A stretch of DNA of 64,000 bases from an uncultured Methanomassiliicoccales archaeon (GTDB lineage: Archaea > Thermoplasmatota > Thermoplasmata > Methanomassiliicoccales > UBA472), in assembly GCA_963695345.1 (NCBI GenBank), contig OY968769.1, forward strand, positions 544,001 through 608,000. Reading direction: 5' to 3'. The number at the start of each line of letters is the position of its first letter. Position 1 is the first letter of the stretch. Both the position numbers and the translations under genes were made by a program. Below are positions 40,781 to 55,229 of this stretch, one piece after another. The notes beneath the pieces are model-generated. The model did not search any database. It was not told where the DNA came from and worked only from the letters and a program-made list of their open reading frames with translations.

Positions 40781-43459
40781 TCACCGGGAACACATCGACC
40801 GCAGCATCTCCGGCACCTTGTCGAACGTACCGTGCAGCTTTTCCGGGTCCCCGCCGCCGCCGGTGGCGTACTCCTTCTTTCCGCCGCCGCCTCCGCCGAC
40901 CAGCTTCATGATCTCCTTCAGCGCCGCGCGGCAATCGATGTCCACGTCCGCGCTCTTGGAGACGAACACCTTGGCGCTCTTCTCCCGGACGCCGATGACC
41001 GCGATGACATTGGACATCTCGGACAGCAGCTTGGAAAGCTGTTCCGGGTTCTCGTCGCCATCGGTGATGTGCACCACAGCCCGGGTATTCCCGATCATGA
41101 CCGCCGACGCGGCAAGCTGCTTCGCCTTCATCTCGGTGTAGACGCTGGCGAACTGGTCCATGCGTTTCTTCTGGTCCCGCAGCTCGTTCGACAGCCGGTC
41201 CACGTTCTCGGCGATCTTGTCCGGGGTGGTGTTCAGCCGTTCGACCAGGTCCTCGACGATGCCCTTGTCCTTCTGTATCTCCCGCACCGCCGCCATTCCG
41301 GCGGTGTACTCGATCCTGACGATCCCGTCCTGGATCCTGTGGGTCCGCCGTATCCGGACCGGGCCCACCATGCCGGTGTGGTTGCAGTGCAGACCGCCGC
41401 ACGCCTCGGCGTCCAGTCCGACCACCTCGACGACCCGTATGATCTTGCCCGGGACAGCCCCGCCCTGGTAGAGCCGGTATCCGTGCAGTTTCTCGGCCAC
41501 GTCGCGCTGCATGAACCCGATGTTGATCTTCAGGTCATCCAGGACCACCTTGTTGACGTCCCGTTCCAGCTGGTCGCGCTGCTGCACGCTGAGGTTCTCG
41601 TAATGGGTTATGTCCAGCCGCGCCTCTTCCACCGACTTATGGGCACCGGCCTGCCAGACATGGTTCCCGAAAAGGGCCCGGGCGCAGCCGTTGATCAGGT
41701 GCGCGCCGGTATGGTGCCTCATCAGCTGGAGGCGCCTGTCCTTGTCGATGTGGCCCTTGACCGTGTCGCCGATATTCGGCAACGGACCATCGATGAAGTG
41801 CATGATGGCCGTCTTGGCCTTGATGACCTTGGTCACCCGGTGTCCGTTCAGCATGCCCAGGTCCCATTCCTGGCCACCGCCCTCCGGATAGAAGGCGGTC
41901 TGGTCCAGAACGATGCCGTCATTGTAGATGGCGATGACCCTGCCCTCGAACTCGGTCAGCTCGGCGTCCTCATAGTAGAGCATGCGGGTGTTCGGCATGC
42001 TCTCCGGGAACTCCTCTTTCTTGACCGCCTCCGCCTCTGGCTTCTCGTGCTTCTTGGCGACCTGCATGTAGAAATTGTCCGGGACATCGATCTGGTCCGG
42101 GGCGAACTCCTTGGCGATCTCCGGGTTCAGGCCGTGCGAGTCGTACAGGTCGATGAGCTTGTCCAGCGCCAGCTTCTCGCCCGACTTGAGGTCCTTGGTC
42201 ATCCGGGACACCAGCTGCTTGCCCCTGCCCAGGGTCTCGTAGTAACGGCCTTCCTCGACCTGCACCAGGTTCATGATGTCGTCGCGGTTCGCGTACAGCT
42301 CGGGGAATATCGGGCCGAAGTAGTCGATCTGCTTGCTGACCATGTCCGCGAGCCGCACGTCGATGCCCAGCGTGCGTATGGAACGGAGGGCGCGCCTGAC
42401 CAACATCCGGGCGAAGTAACCTTCCCGGACGTTCGAAGGCACGACCCCGTCGTTCAGGAGCATCATCAAGGCACGGGAGTGGTCGCAGACCACGTAGATG
42501 TCCTCCAGCGGGGTCACGATCTTCATCAGCTCCTCGTAGCTGATGCCGATCCTGGCGGCGGTCATCTCCCGTATCCGCCTGACGTCGGCGGCGGTCTTCA
42601 TGTTGGTCGCACCGGCCACCTTGCTGTACTCGGTGAGCACCGGAGAATCCGATGTCACGCCCACGATGTCCTTGAGCGCCTGGAGCACCGGGCCGAAGAC
42701 CGCCTCATAGGCGGACGACTTCCCCTGGGATACCCAGCAGATGCGTTCCAGCCCGTAGCCGGTGTCCACCACGGTCATGTTCATCGGCTTGCGCCCCTCG
42801 GGCGTGTCCCGGTACATCATGAACACGAGGGTAGCCACCTCGACCCCGTCCAGGATGACCTCCACGCAGGGTCCGGCGTTCCCTCCGCCCTCCCACCACT
42901 CCTCGATGTAGCGCATCTTGCGCGGATCGGTGCCAAGGCTTTCGGTGAAGAACCGGTGGCAAAGCTCGACCGTCCGGTCCTTGAAATAGATCTCCTTGCC
43001 CTCCTTGTTGAAGGCATGGTGGGCCAGCATCTCGAAGAACGTGAAGTGCCTGCCGGTCTTTCCGACGTTGTCGATGTCGTTGAATCGCACGCAGGTCTGG
43101 GAGATGGTGAGCGGGTTGGCCGGCGGGTCGATGACCCCGTTCAGCACCCAAGGCTGGAAATCGTAGATCGATGCCTGGGTGAAGAAGACGTCGTCCCTCC
43201 AGCGGGCCACGATCGGATAGCGTTTCACGCGCCCGTGACCGTTCTCCTCCATGAACCCGAGGTAGGCCTCCCGGGTCTCGTGCAGGGTCAGGACCTTGTT
43301 CATGGGTGAGTTGCCGATGAATGTGTATTCCTCGCACGGGGGCTCGCCGCAGCTGGGCCAATCGCCGAGGCTCCAGAAATGACGCCCGCACTTGGGGCAT
43401 TGCTTCCTGATGAATCCATTGTCCAGGAAGAACTTGAGATCGAACTCTGAAGCGGTCAT
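40781..43459 (-). CDS. alaS: Alanine-tRNA ligase (archaeal type)
   Basis: HFTFFEM, VDTGYGLER, HHTGAH..ACGGLH editing site, GGGGG C-terminus. Confidence 0.97.
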   Translation of the reverse strand: MTASEFDLKFFLDNGFIRKQCPKCGRHFWSLGDWPSCGEPPCEEYTFIGNSPMNKVLTLHETREAYLGFMEENGHGRVKRYPIVARWRDDVFFTQASIYDFQPWVLNGVIDPPANPLTISQTCVRFNDIDNVGKTGRHFTFFEMLAHHAFNKEGKEIYFKDRTVELCHRFFTESLGTDPRKMRYIEEWWEGGGNAGPCVEVILDGVEVATLVFMMYRDTPEGRKPMNMTVVDTGYGLERICWVSQGKSSAYEAVFGPVLQALKDIVGVTSDSPVLTEYSKVAGATNMKTAADVRRIREMTAARIGISYEELMKIVTPLEDIYVVCDHSRALMMLLNDGVVPSNVREGYFARMLVRRALRSIRTLGIDVRLADMVSKQIDYFGPIFPELYANRDDIMNLVQVEEGRYYETLGRGKQLVSRMTKDLKSGEKLALDKLIDLYDSHGLNPEIAKEFAPDQIDVPDNFYMQVAKKHEKPEAEAVKKEEFPESMPNTRMLYYEDAELTEFEGRVIAIYNDGIVLDQTAFYPEGGGQEWDLGMLNGHRVTKVIKAKTAIMHFIDGPLPNIGDTVKGHIDKDRRLQLMRHHTGAHLINGCARALFGNHVWQAGAHKSVEEARLDITHYENLSVQQRDQLERDVNKVVLDDLKINIGFMQRDVAEKLHGYRLYQGGAVPGKIIRVVEVVGLDAEACGGLHCNHTGMVGPVRIRRTHRIQDGIVRIEYTAGMAAVREIQKDKGIVEDLVERLNTTPDKIAENVDRLSNELRDQKKRMDQFASVYTEMKAKQLAASAVMIGNTRAVVHITDGDENPEQLSKLLSEMSNVIAVIGVREKSAKVFVSKSADVDIDCRAALKEIMKLVGGGGGGKKEYATGGGGDPEKLHGTFDKVPEMLRSMCSR

Positions 43460-43528
43460 CGCCGCATTATGAGACGGTTCTTATATGAACTTTTTTCACT
43501 CGGAGCCACGCCATAACGGGAACAATAT

Positions 43529-45164
43529 CTACGCTTCCTGGCGCCCTTTCCCTTCCTTCGAGGCGGGAAGGAAAAGCTCGTCGTTGCCGGCATAATCGAC
43601 CTTGGCGTCGATGACCGCCAATTCCCTGTTCTTGAGGCAGCGCCTAAGCGTTTCCTTGAGCTCATCCGCCGTTTCCACCCGATAGCCTTTGGCCCCGAAC
43701 GATTCCGCGTACCTGACGAAGTCTGGATTGGAGAAGTCACAGCCGTAGTCCCGGCCGCAGCTCCGTTTCATCTTGACCTTGATGAGCCCGAGGCCGGAGT
43801 CATTGAATATGATCGTGACGAAGTTCGTCCCGAGCCGCTTGGCCGTTTCCAGCTCCGCCGAGGTCATCATGAACCCGGCGTCCCCCACGACCGCCACCAC
43901 GTCCCGTTCCGGACGGCAGAGCTTGGCCGCCAGTGCGCCCGGCACGCCCACCCCCATGGTGATCAGGCCGTTAGGCAGAAGCAGCGTGTTCTCCCGGCGG
44001 ACCGGATAGTTGCGGGCGAACCAGATGAGATGCGCTCCGACGTCGGGAACGACGATGTCCCCCGGACCCATCACCTCCCGGACAGCCTTCACCGCGTTCT
44101 TCGGGTTCATCCCGGCCCCGTCCGGATGGAATGAATTGAGCTCCTCCCACAAACGGTCCCGGATGTCCGAGACCCAGCCATTCTTCGGAACGCCGATCCG
44201 GTAGAGCGACTTCAGCATGTACCTCAGTCCCCCCAGCACCTGGATGTTGACGTTCAGGTTGTGCGCGTATCCGACCGGGGCTTCGCCGATGTAGACGATG
44301 GTCTTCGCCTTCCCGACATTCCAGAACTGAGGCTGGAATTCCGGCGGGTCATATCCGGCCAGCATCACCACGTCCGCCTTTTCGAAAGCGGCCAATGCGG
44401 TATCGTAATTGCGCATCCCGACGGTGTTGAGGGAAAGGGGGTCCTCGAACGACATGATCCCGGAACCCATCCAGGTATGCGCCACCGGGATGTTCCAGGA
44501 CCGGGCGAACGCCTTGAGCTCCTTTCCCGCCTCGGCGCGAACGATACCGTGGCCGGCCAGGATCAATGGCCTCTCTGACCGGCTGAGCACCTCGGCGATC
44601 CGGCTGAGCGCTGACGACTCATGCCTGGTCCGGACGATCGGGCACACCGGAATCGGCTCCTCAGGGCAGTCCTGCCTCATGACGTCCTCGGGAAGCTCCA
44701 GCATCACCGGCCCGGGCCGCTCTCGGCGGGCAGTGTCGAACGCCTTGCGTACCAGCATCGGCACCGTCGCAGGATTTCGTACGCTCAGCGACTCCTTCGT
44801 GACCGGCTTGTATAGGTTGACCAGGTCGACGACCTGCTTCTGCGGCGGGTCCATCCGGCTCTGCCCCGCCTGGCCGCAAAGGGCGATAAGCGGGAGGTTG
44901 CTGAGGATACGCGTCGGCCACCCCGTTGACCATGTTGGTGGCGCCCGGCCCCAGTGTGGACAGGCAGACCCCCGGCTGGTTGGTGAGCCGGGCCTGCACC
45001 CCGGCCATGTAGGCCGCCGAGTTCTCGTGCTTGGTCAGGATGAACTCGATCGGGGAGTCGGCCAAGGCATCCATGGTGTCCATGTTCTCCTCGCCGGGAA
45101 TGCCGAAGACACGCTGGACCCCCTCGTTCTCTAGGCAGCTGACCAACACCCTGGACGCCTTCAT
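43529..45164 (-). CDS. Acetolactate synthase-like TPP enzyme (frameshift near 44905)
   Basis: VFGIPGEEN, STLGPGATN, GDAGFMM..ELETA..ND. Confidence 0.88.
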
Positions 45165-45170
45165 GGTCTA

Positions 45171-46455
45171 TCACTCGAAAGTGTTCGCCCGGTCCCGGAA
45201 GAGCGCGTCCACGGCCTGATCGATGGCGGCCTTCACCGGTCCTTTGGCGGTGTATGATTGTATCGCATCCTCCTTCAGGTACTCCTTGGCGGGAGTCCCG
45301 ATGCTCATGCTGATCACCACATCGCAACCCTGGAGCGACCTCGGCCAGCATCTCCAGCTTTCCTTTGTGGGCATTCCCTAGCATGGCCACGTTGGGGAGA
45401 TTGTCCACCTCGATCGGTTCCATTTCCGTTATCACTGCACCCGTCCACCTGAAAGACGAAGAACTTCTTGGCCTGACCAAAATGCAGGTCCACTTCTTTC
45501 CCGGTCGTCGAGGCCACCGCCACCTTGTAGACGTTGTCTCCTTGCATCTGGACCTGGACCGGGCCCTTGAGCGGCACGTCCCTCGCCTGGCAGGTAAAGT
45601 GGGCGAATTCGGCGGACCGGTCCTCTCCGAGCAGTCCGATAGCGTCCGCCCGGCAGAAGCGGCAGTGCCTCATCTGTTTTATGTCCGGCTCGCACAGGTC
45701 CTGCAGTTTCTTCCGCTGCTCCGCCGTCGGTGCCTTGAGCTCGGCGAACTTGGTGCCCGGGACCGGTATCATCGGGATGATGTTGACGACGTACGCGCCC
45801 AGCGATTTCACCTTCTTCGCCACTTCGGGGATGTGGTCGTCGTTGATGCCGGCGACCATGACGGTGTTGACCTTGACCAGCATCCCGGCGGCCACTGCCT
45901 TCCTTGATGCCTTCCATCTGGTTCTCGATCAGCTTCGCCGCGGCCGCCTCTCCCCTTAACGTCTTTCCTTCCCAGACGACGAAATCGTAGATCTTCGCCC
46001 CGACCTTCGGGTCGATGGCGTTGACGGTCACGGTTATGAACTTGATCCCCAGCGCCTTGAGCCGGTCCACTGACGCCGGCAGCATCAGCCCGTTCGTGCT
46101 CAGGCACAGGGTCAGCTCGGGGAACTCCTGGCCGACCAGCTCCAGCGTGCGGAACGTCTCCTCGTTGGCCAGCGGGTCTCCGGGACCGGCAATGCCGATG
46201 ACGCTCAGGTATGGTATCTTTTCCTTCACGTACCGGATCTTCTCGACCGACTGCTTCGGCCGTGAGCAGTTCGCTCGTCACGCCCGGGCGGGATTCGTTG
46301 GTGCAGTCGTACTTCCGGTTGCAGTAATTGCATTGGATGTTGCATCTCGGCGCTACCGGCAGGTGCATCCGGGCAAACTTCGTATGAGCCTTCTCGGAAT
46401 AGCAGGGATGCGTATCCAGCATGGCCCTTGTTTCTGCGGTCATCTTGTCTTCCAT
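45171..46455 (-). CDS. nifB: NifB radical SAM protein with C-terminal NifX-like domain (frameshifted)
   Basis: [44 protein letters not shown], then [13 protein letters not shown]. Confidence 0.9.
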
Positions 46456-46591
46456 GTGCTCGGTTCCTCATTGGATAGGCGGGCTATTGAATACTATCGT
46501 CATTTTCTACGATGTATCTGGAACACCTTTTCGGAGGAGGCGTATCGCTTTCGGTGACATTTTTCTACTTGGTTCCGCCATCATTGTGGAG

Positions 46592-46990
46592 ATGGAAGAC
46601 GAACGGGTGATGGCGAAGCTCCTGCAGAGCATGAACGAGCACATCCCTCCGAAGAGGAAGTCGATCGCTGACATGCTCGATGAGACCGACCCGTTCTACG
46701 AGGGGAAGGACGGGAGAAGGTACAGTGTCTCCAAGGACGAGCTGAGGAAGTTGGCGTCGTTCGCCGACCCCTGGGACCTTGACCGGATCAAGATCCCCAT
46801 TCTCCTTATGACCGACACGAGCTATGGCTCCGGATATTGGAAGATCATCGGAAAGGCCGAGACGATCCTCGTCTCCCGGTTGATCGACCGGGAACCGGAG
46901 AAGGTCGACGAGATCCTCATTTTCTACCCGCAGCTGAACGACCTGCGCAGGCAGTTCCCCACGACGACCAATGCGATGTACATGCCTTGA
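46592..46990 (+). CDS. DUF61-family protein
   Basis: MNEHIP..RKSI..ML, GKDG, IKIPI, LRRQFPTTT. Confidence 0.75.
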   Translation: MEDERVMAKLLQSMNEHIPPKRKSIADMLDETDPFYEGKDGRRYSVSKDELRKLASFADPWDLDRIKIPILLMTDTSYGSGYWKIIGKAETILVSRLIDREPEKVDEILIFYPQLNDLRRQFPTTTNAMYMP

Positions 46991-47398
46991 CCGGTCGAAA
47001 GCTATCGCTGACCCATGGATTGATGAAAAACATCCAGGATATTTGTGCATGGAAGAGCTCGAACGCAACCTGTCCTTCCACCTGATTGATGGTCCGCTAT
47101 TGCGGGTCTAATGAAATTCTGAGCTCTACAATAATTCCGGAGCTCAGCGAACAACAGAACTGAAGGCAGCGCTTTCGCTGATCCATCAGATCTTCAATAA
47201 GAAAAAGATCTTTGATTATGCTAATGGAAGAATCATACGCAATTCGTGCAGTCCCACCTGTTGACTGCACGAGAATATTACTGTCTCAGGAAAAATCAAT
47301 CCCGTTCAAAACATTGTACAATTCGAAAGAGCAGTTACACTGACCTATCAAATATTGATTAAAAATTGAAAGAAATTGATTTTTTGGAAGAGTTAGGT

Positions 47399-47425
47399 AT
47401 ACGCAACCTGTGTAACGGCTAAGCC
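47399..47425 (-). other. 3' arm of pre-23S processing stem with bulge-helix-bulge motif
   Basis: GGCTTAGC-CGTT-aca-CAGGTTGCGTAT pairs with 5' arm ATACGCAACCTG-GACG-tgt-GTTAAGCC (50396-50422). Confidence 0.85.
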
Positions 47426-47464
47426 AAAGCCTACCATTGCTGGTAAGCGGACAGTGATAGCGGC

Positions 47465-50368
<2,904 letters not shown>

Positions 50369-50395
50369 CAATTCGCCGCTATCTATTTTACTGTC

Positions 50396-50422
50396 GGCTT
50401 AACACACGTCCAGGTTGCGTAT
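50396..50422 (-). other. 5' arm of pre-23S BHB processing stem
   Basis: Complementary to 47399-47425, with a 4-bp helix and two 3-nt bulges. Confidence 0.85.
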
Positions 50423-50574
50423 GATTGGTAATCACCGAATAGTCGAGAACTCTTCCAAATCTCGACCTTCTCTACCACTTCCCCGGCGAAAGGTTATTTC
50501 CCGGGTGCATTGAGCATAATTTTCACGAGCCAGATATTCTTTTTCCGGCTGCGTTGAAATCCCCATATTTGAGG

Positions 50575-50678
50575 GGATATATAAACGTTGCCATCTTCAT
50601 CGACCTTTTTATTGGCAGCGTCCTTTCTTGCCTGTTTGGGCAAGGTAACCCCCTCACCGAGGATTAGATATTTAAGGC
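50575..50678 (-). promoter_or_regulatory. Tandem rRNA promoter TATA boxes
   Basis: TTTATATA (about 50578-50585) and TTAAATAT (about 50668-50675) upstream of 23S. Confidence 0.55.
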
Positions 50679-50843
50679 TTTCTCAGAAGGGTGTTTCACA
50701 CCTTTTCTGGCCTTGCTTCATGGTTTCTACATGAGCTCGGTAGACTAACACTTGCCTAGATTAATAGGTTACGATGAGGGCGGCTATTCGAGTAACTGCA
50801 CATCCCCTCATAGCCAGGGCGTAAATGGGGGCGGTTCTCGCCC

Positions 50844-51728
50844 TTACTCGGTCGATTTGATGGCGGCCGCGATCAACTTCGGAATGACCGATATCCGGGT
50901 GGCCACGTCCACCCCCGCCTCGCTCAATCTCCGGACCTTGTCCTCGGCCAGGCCAGTACCTCTTGAGATGATCGCCCCGGCATGTCCCATTCTCTTTCCG
51001 GCAGGCGCGGTCATCCCGGCCACGAAGGACACCACCGGCATGGATAGATTCTTTAGGATGAAATCAGCCGCCATCTCCTCGGAGGCCCCGCCGATCTCCC
51101 CGATCAGCACGATGCCCTTGACATCCTGCTTCTCCTTGCACATTCTCAATGCGTCGACCATGCTGGTGCCAGTAACCGCATCCCCGCCGATCCCTATGCA
51201 AAGGGCCTGCCCTATCCCTGCGTCAGTTAACGACTGGACGACCTCATAGGTCAGGGTTCCGCTCCGGGAGACTACGCCGACCGGACCGGCCATGAATATG
51301 GAATTGGGCATGATGCCCAGTTTGATCGTTCCAGGTATGGCGATTCCGGGTGAGTTTGGACCAATGACGGTGACCCCCATGGATCTGGCATATTGCGCGA
51401 TGCGTACCGTGTCCAGCGGGGGGACATGCTCAGTCACCATGACAATGGTCTTGATACCGCCTTCGATCGCCTCGAAGGCGGCCTCTTTCGCGTGTGGGGC
51501 TGGGACGAAAATAACGGATGCCTCCGCCCCGAACTCTCTCACGCATTCATGCACCGTATCCCTTACCGGAGTCCCGTCATCCAGAGTGCCCGCCCTTCCT
51601 GGTGAGACACCGGCGACTATGTTGGTCCCGAACTGCTTCATGGCCGTGGTATGTATTTTGCCCTGGTGCCCAGTTATTCCTTGGACGATCACCGGCAATC
51701 CTAGGGTCAGGGTCAGATCGTATCTCAC
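50844..51728 (-). CDS. sucD: Succinyl-CoA synthetase alpha subunit
   Basis: VQGITG, IGPNSPG, SRSGTLTYE, GKRMGHAGA. Confidence 0.93.
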   Translation of the reverse strand: MRYDLTLTLGLPVIVQGITGHQGKIHTTAMKQFGTNIVAGVSPGRAGTLDDGTPVRDTVHECVREFGAEASVIFVPAPHAKEAAFEAIEGGIKTIVMVTEHVPPLDTVRIAQYARSMGVTVIGPNSPGIAIPGTIKLGIMPNSIFMAGPVGVVSRSGTLTYEVVQSLTDAGIGQALCIGIGGDAVTGTSMVDALRMCKEKQDVKGIVLIGEIGGASEEMAADFILKNLSMPVVSFVAGMTAPAGKRMGHAGAIISRGTGLAEDKVRRLSEAGVDVATRISVIPKLIAAAIKSTE

Positions 51729-52858
51729 TCGACCATCTCCTGTTTCAGCATGACAATCGCGGATTCCAGGTCCCGGGTGAAGGGGATCTCGGCCGTTCTG
51801 AGCATCTCCTCGGCCTTGTCCTCATTCACCCCCCTTAGCCTCACCACCATCGGTATGTCCGGGGCCGATGAGGCAATGGATTTGATGACACCCTCCGCCA
51901 CGGTATCACAGCGGGTAATGCCCCCGAAGACACTGACCAGCAATGCCTTTGGCCGCGGTCTGGACCTCTCGCCTATCGCGAGATCAATAGCGGTGGCCAC
52001 CTGGCCCGGATCGTCAGTCCCTCCCAGATCCACGAACAGCCCCCCGTGAAGCCCGTTCAGCTCCAACAAGTCCAACGTGGCCATGGTCAGTCCGGCTCCG
52101 TTTGCCACCACCGCAACCTCTCCCTCAAGCTGCACCAGGTTGACGCCGGATATCCGGGCCTCTCTTTCCAGATCGGTCAGGTCACGGCCGAGAAGCTTAT
52201 CGAACCCGTGCTGCCGGAAGCCCGCGTCATCGTTCAGGATGACCTTGGCATCCGCTGCGATCATTTCGCCATTCTCCGTGACAATAAGCGGATTGATCTC
52301 GACCAGGTCGCAGTCCTTCTGCAGGTAAAGACCCCACAGGGACCCGATGACCATTCCGAGCTGTGCCTCCATGGTCTCTTCGATGCCGAGGAATCGACTC
52401 ACTCCCCGCGTCACGTAATCCCCTATGTCGATAAAAGGTGAAAGGGGCCAGGTGGCGATCTGTGAAGTGGGGACGTTCTCGATGTCGATCCCCCCCTTGG
52501 AACTTGCCATAAGGGAAGGCACCCCCAGGCGGGGGTCGATCGTGACCGCAAGATAGATCTCGCTTTTCACCTCACGGACCATTTCCTCGATCAGGACCGC
52601 ATTGACCGGAAGCCCTTTCACTTGGATATTGAATATGTTACGCGCCGCTGCGATCGCCTCGTCGACGGTCATCGCCGTGACCACGCCCCCGGCCTTTCCT
52701 CTTCCCCCGGTGAGCACTTGGGCCTTGACCATGACCGGCATCTCCAGATGGTCGAGGCAGGAACGGATCTGGTAGAATGAATTGCATGCTTTTCCCTTTG
52801 GAACCCGGATCCCATATTGTCGGAACAGTTCCTTGCCCTCTGTCTCGTAGAGTTTCAT
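51725..52858 (-). CDS. sucC: Succinyl-CoA synthetase beta subunit
   Basis: KAQVLTGGRGKAGGV, VEINPL, NGAGLTMATLD, FGGITRCD. Confidence 0.93.
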   Translation of the reverse strand: MKLYETEGKELFRQYGIRVPKGKACNSFYQIRSCLDHLEMPVMVKAQVLTGGRGKAGGVVTAMTVDEAIAAARNIFNIQVKGLPVNAVLIEEMVREVKSEIYLAVTIDPRLGVPSLMASSKGGIDIENVPTSQIATWPLSPFIDIGDYVTRGVSRFLGIEETMEAQLGMVIGSLWGLYLQKDCDLVEINPLIVTENGEMIAADAKVILNDDAGFRQHGFDKLLGRDLTDLEREARISGVNLVQLEGEVAVVANGAGLTMATLDLLELNGLHGGLFVDLGGTDDPGQVATAIDLAIGERSRPRPKALLVSVFGGITRCDTVAEGVIKSIASSAPDIPMVVRLRGVNEDKAEEMLRTAEIPFTRDLESAIVMLKQEMVE

Positions 52859-52976
52859 GTTCTCCGATAATACAAGCGACTGGAATGGTATAACGACTTT
52901 GTCTTTTGATTATGTTAAACAAGTTGAGCAAAAGCCCCTCAAAAGTATAAATAGAGAGATTAACTTTCGAAAATTG

Positions 52977-53619
52977 ATGCCGATCCTGAGCATTGCTGGA
53001 ATGGGTCCAGATTCGAACATCTTCCTGGTTACGGGGGAAGACCCATTCGTAGTGGACACGGGAACCGGTTCCAATCACGCAAAGGTTCTGGCAAAGCTCC
53101 GCTCCCTGTCGAAGGGAAAGATGCCGAACCGCATCATACTCACCCACCGGCACTACGATCACGTCGGGGGGGCGGCCAAACTCTCCCATGAGCTGGACGC
53201 AGAAGTTTACATCCATGAGCTGGACGCAGGGGCGGTCGAGAGGGCGGACCTCCGCGCCACCGCGGCCCATTTTTACACGAGCAGGATGGACCCGGTCAAG
53301 ACCAATCACCTGAACGGGGGAGAGGTCTTCGAGACCGGCGACCATCGCTTCGAGGTGGTGCACACGCCGGGTCACACCATCGGAGGGATATGCTCTGTTC
53401 GATAGGGGCAGCGGAGACCTTATCAGCGGTGACACGGTATTCGTCGGCGGGGTCGGCCGGTGGGACCTGGAAAGCGGGAACCGCAAGGAGCTTGTGGCTT
53501 CCGTGAAAAACCTTATAGGCCTGAGTCCCAAGGCACTTTATCCGGGACATGGCGAGAGCACAGACGTCGACGTGGCCATGGTCGTCAAGGACGCATTGAC
53601 ATACCTGGGGGAAATCTAG
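52977..53619 (+). CDS. Metallo-beta-lactamase-fold hydrolase (frameshift near 53385)
   Basis: THRHYDHVGG, HTPGHT, SGDTVF, YPGHG. Confidence 0.88.
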
Positions 53620-54264
53620 ATGGAAATATTCAAGGGCATTGCAAATGACGGAAAGGTATGCGAGATACAGGACGATAAGTTTGAGATGGTGGTATCGGAG
53701 CTGCGTTCCGGTCACTTGATCGTGTATCCCACAGAGACCATCTATGGACTCGGTGCCGACCCGTTCGATGAACTGGCGGTCAAGCGCGTGTTCAAGGCAA
53801 AGAAGCGCCCTTATGATATGCCGCTCTCCATCGCGGTGAGCAACTCCCGGATGCTGGAGGAGCTGGCGTTCGTCGACGACCGCGCCCGCAGGCTGATCGA
53901 GCACTTTCATGCCCGGGCCTCTGACGCTGCTATTGCAGAAGAAGCCCGTAGTTCCGGACATGGTGTCCGCCGGTTCCCCGGAGGTCGGTATCAGGATCCC
54001 GGACCACCCGTTCGCATTGAAACTGATCGACGAGTTCGGTCCCATCATCTCGACCAGCGCCAACCTTCACTCGCAGGCCGAACCCTATCACCTGCCAGAG
54101 CGCGCTCGAGGACCTGGGCGAATCGGTCTCCATCTATGTCGATTGCGGGCCCAGCCCGATCGGCAAGCCATCCACCATCGTTCAGCTTCTCGAAGGCGAC
54201 GTCGAGGTCATAAGACCCGGGTGCGATCCCCATCGAGAAGGTCGAGGCTGTGCTACATGGATGA
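53620..54264 (+). CDS. sua5: Threonylcarbamoyl-AMP synthase Sua5/TsaC (frameshifted)
   Basis: YPTETIYGLG, AKKRP, PGPLT, STSAN. Confidence 0.9.
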
Positions 54265-55152
54265 GCATGCATTGGACTGCGTCAGGAAGGCCGGCCGTAT
54301 CGCCGGCGAAGCGCGTGAGCTGGGCGTAAGCCTGGTGGCGCCGAACGTACCCTTGGTCAAGGTGGCCGAGGAAGTGGAAGCTTACATTTATGAGAAGGGT
54401 GCCAGACTGGCATTCCCGACCAATCTCTGCATCAACGATGTGGCGGCGCACTTTTCGCCGAACCTTCACGACGACACACGTTTCTCCATACGGGGACGTC
54501 GTCAAGGTCGACGTCGGTGCGCACGTGGATGGATATATCGGCGACACTGCTGCTAGCGTCGAGGTGGGCACCAAGAACTGGACTGACCTGATCAACGCGT
54601 CGGCCCGCGCACTTACGTTCGCCACCGAGATGATCGCTGACGGAACGCCGGTGAATGCCATCGGCGGAGCCGTCGAACGCAGCATAAAGGAGTCGGGCTT
54701 CCGCCCAGTGGTCAATCTGAACGGCCACGAGGTGAAGCAGTACAACCTTCACGCCGGGCTTTCCATCCCTAACTATGATGATGGGACGACCACCAAGGTC
54801 CGAGATGGCATGACCATCGCGGTCGAACCGTTCGCCACGAACGGTGCTGGCTCTGTCGACAACGCCAAGGCCGGCAATATCTACCGCATAATTCGTGACC
54901 GGCAATTGAAGGACGCGGAGACCATGCGCCTGTTCGAGCAGATCAAGACCGAGTTCGGCACACTGCCGTTCTGCGAACGCTGGTGCCAGAAGCTGGACAA
55001 GGATGCGCCGCACCTGCTGAAGAACATGTTCCGGCACGGGGTCATCATGAGCTATCCGATGCTGCAAGGAGACGAAACACGGGATGGTGTCGCAGACGGA
55101 GCATACCCTTGTGATCGTGAAGAACCGCTGCGAGATCACCACCAAGGTGTAG
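54257..55152 (+). CDS. map: Methionine aminopeptidase type II (frameshifted)
   Basis: AFPTN, AAHFSP, DVGAHVDGYIGD, LNGH, AVEPFAT. Confidence 0.92.
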
Positions 55153-55229
55153 TCCAGCCAGTATCCGCAAGCCCGACCCCGGGCTCATAAGCTTTAATTA
55201 GCCCAGCGGCATTACGCAGGAACACTGAT

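Noticed and set aside
32324-43309. Very long antisense ORFs (743 aa at 32324, 892 aa at 40631, 439 aa at 36273)
   Set aside because: Shadow frames of polC, alaS and ribosomal-protein genes caused by GC-rich codon bias
46520-46533. GGAA-N6-TTCG near the nifB promoter (NrpR-like operator)
   Set aside because: One mismatch to GGAA-N6-TTCC, single copy, and not at a typical repressing position
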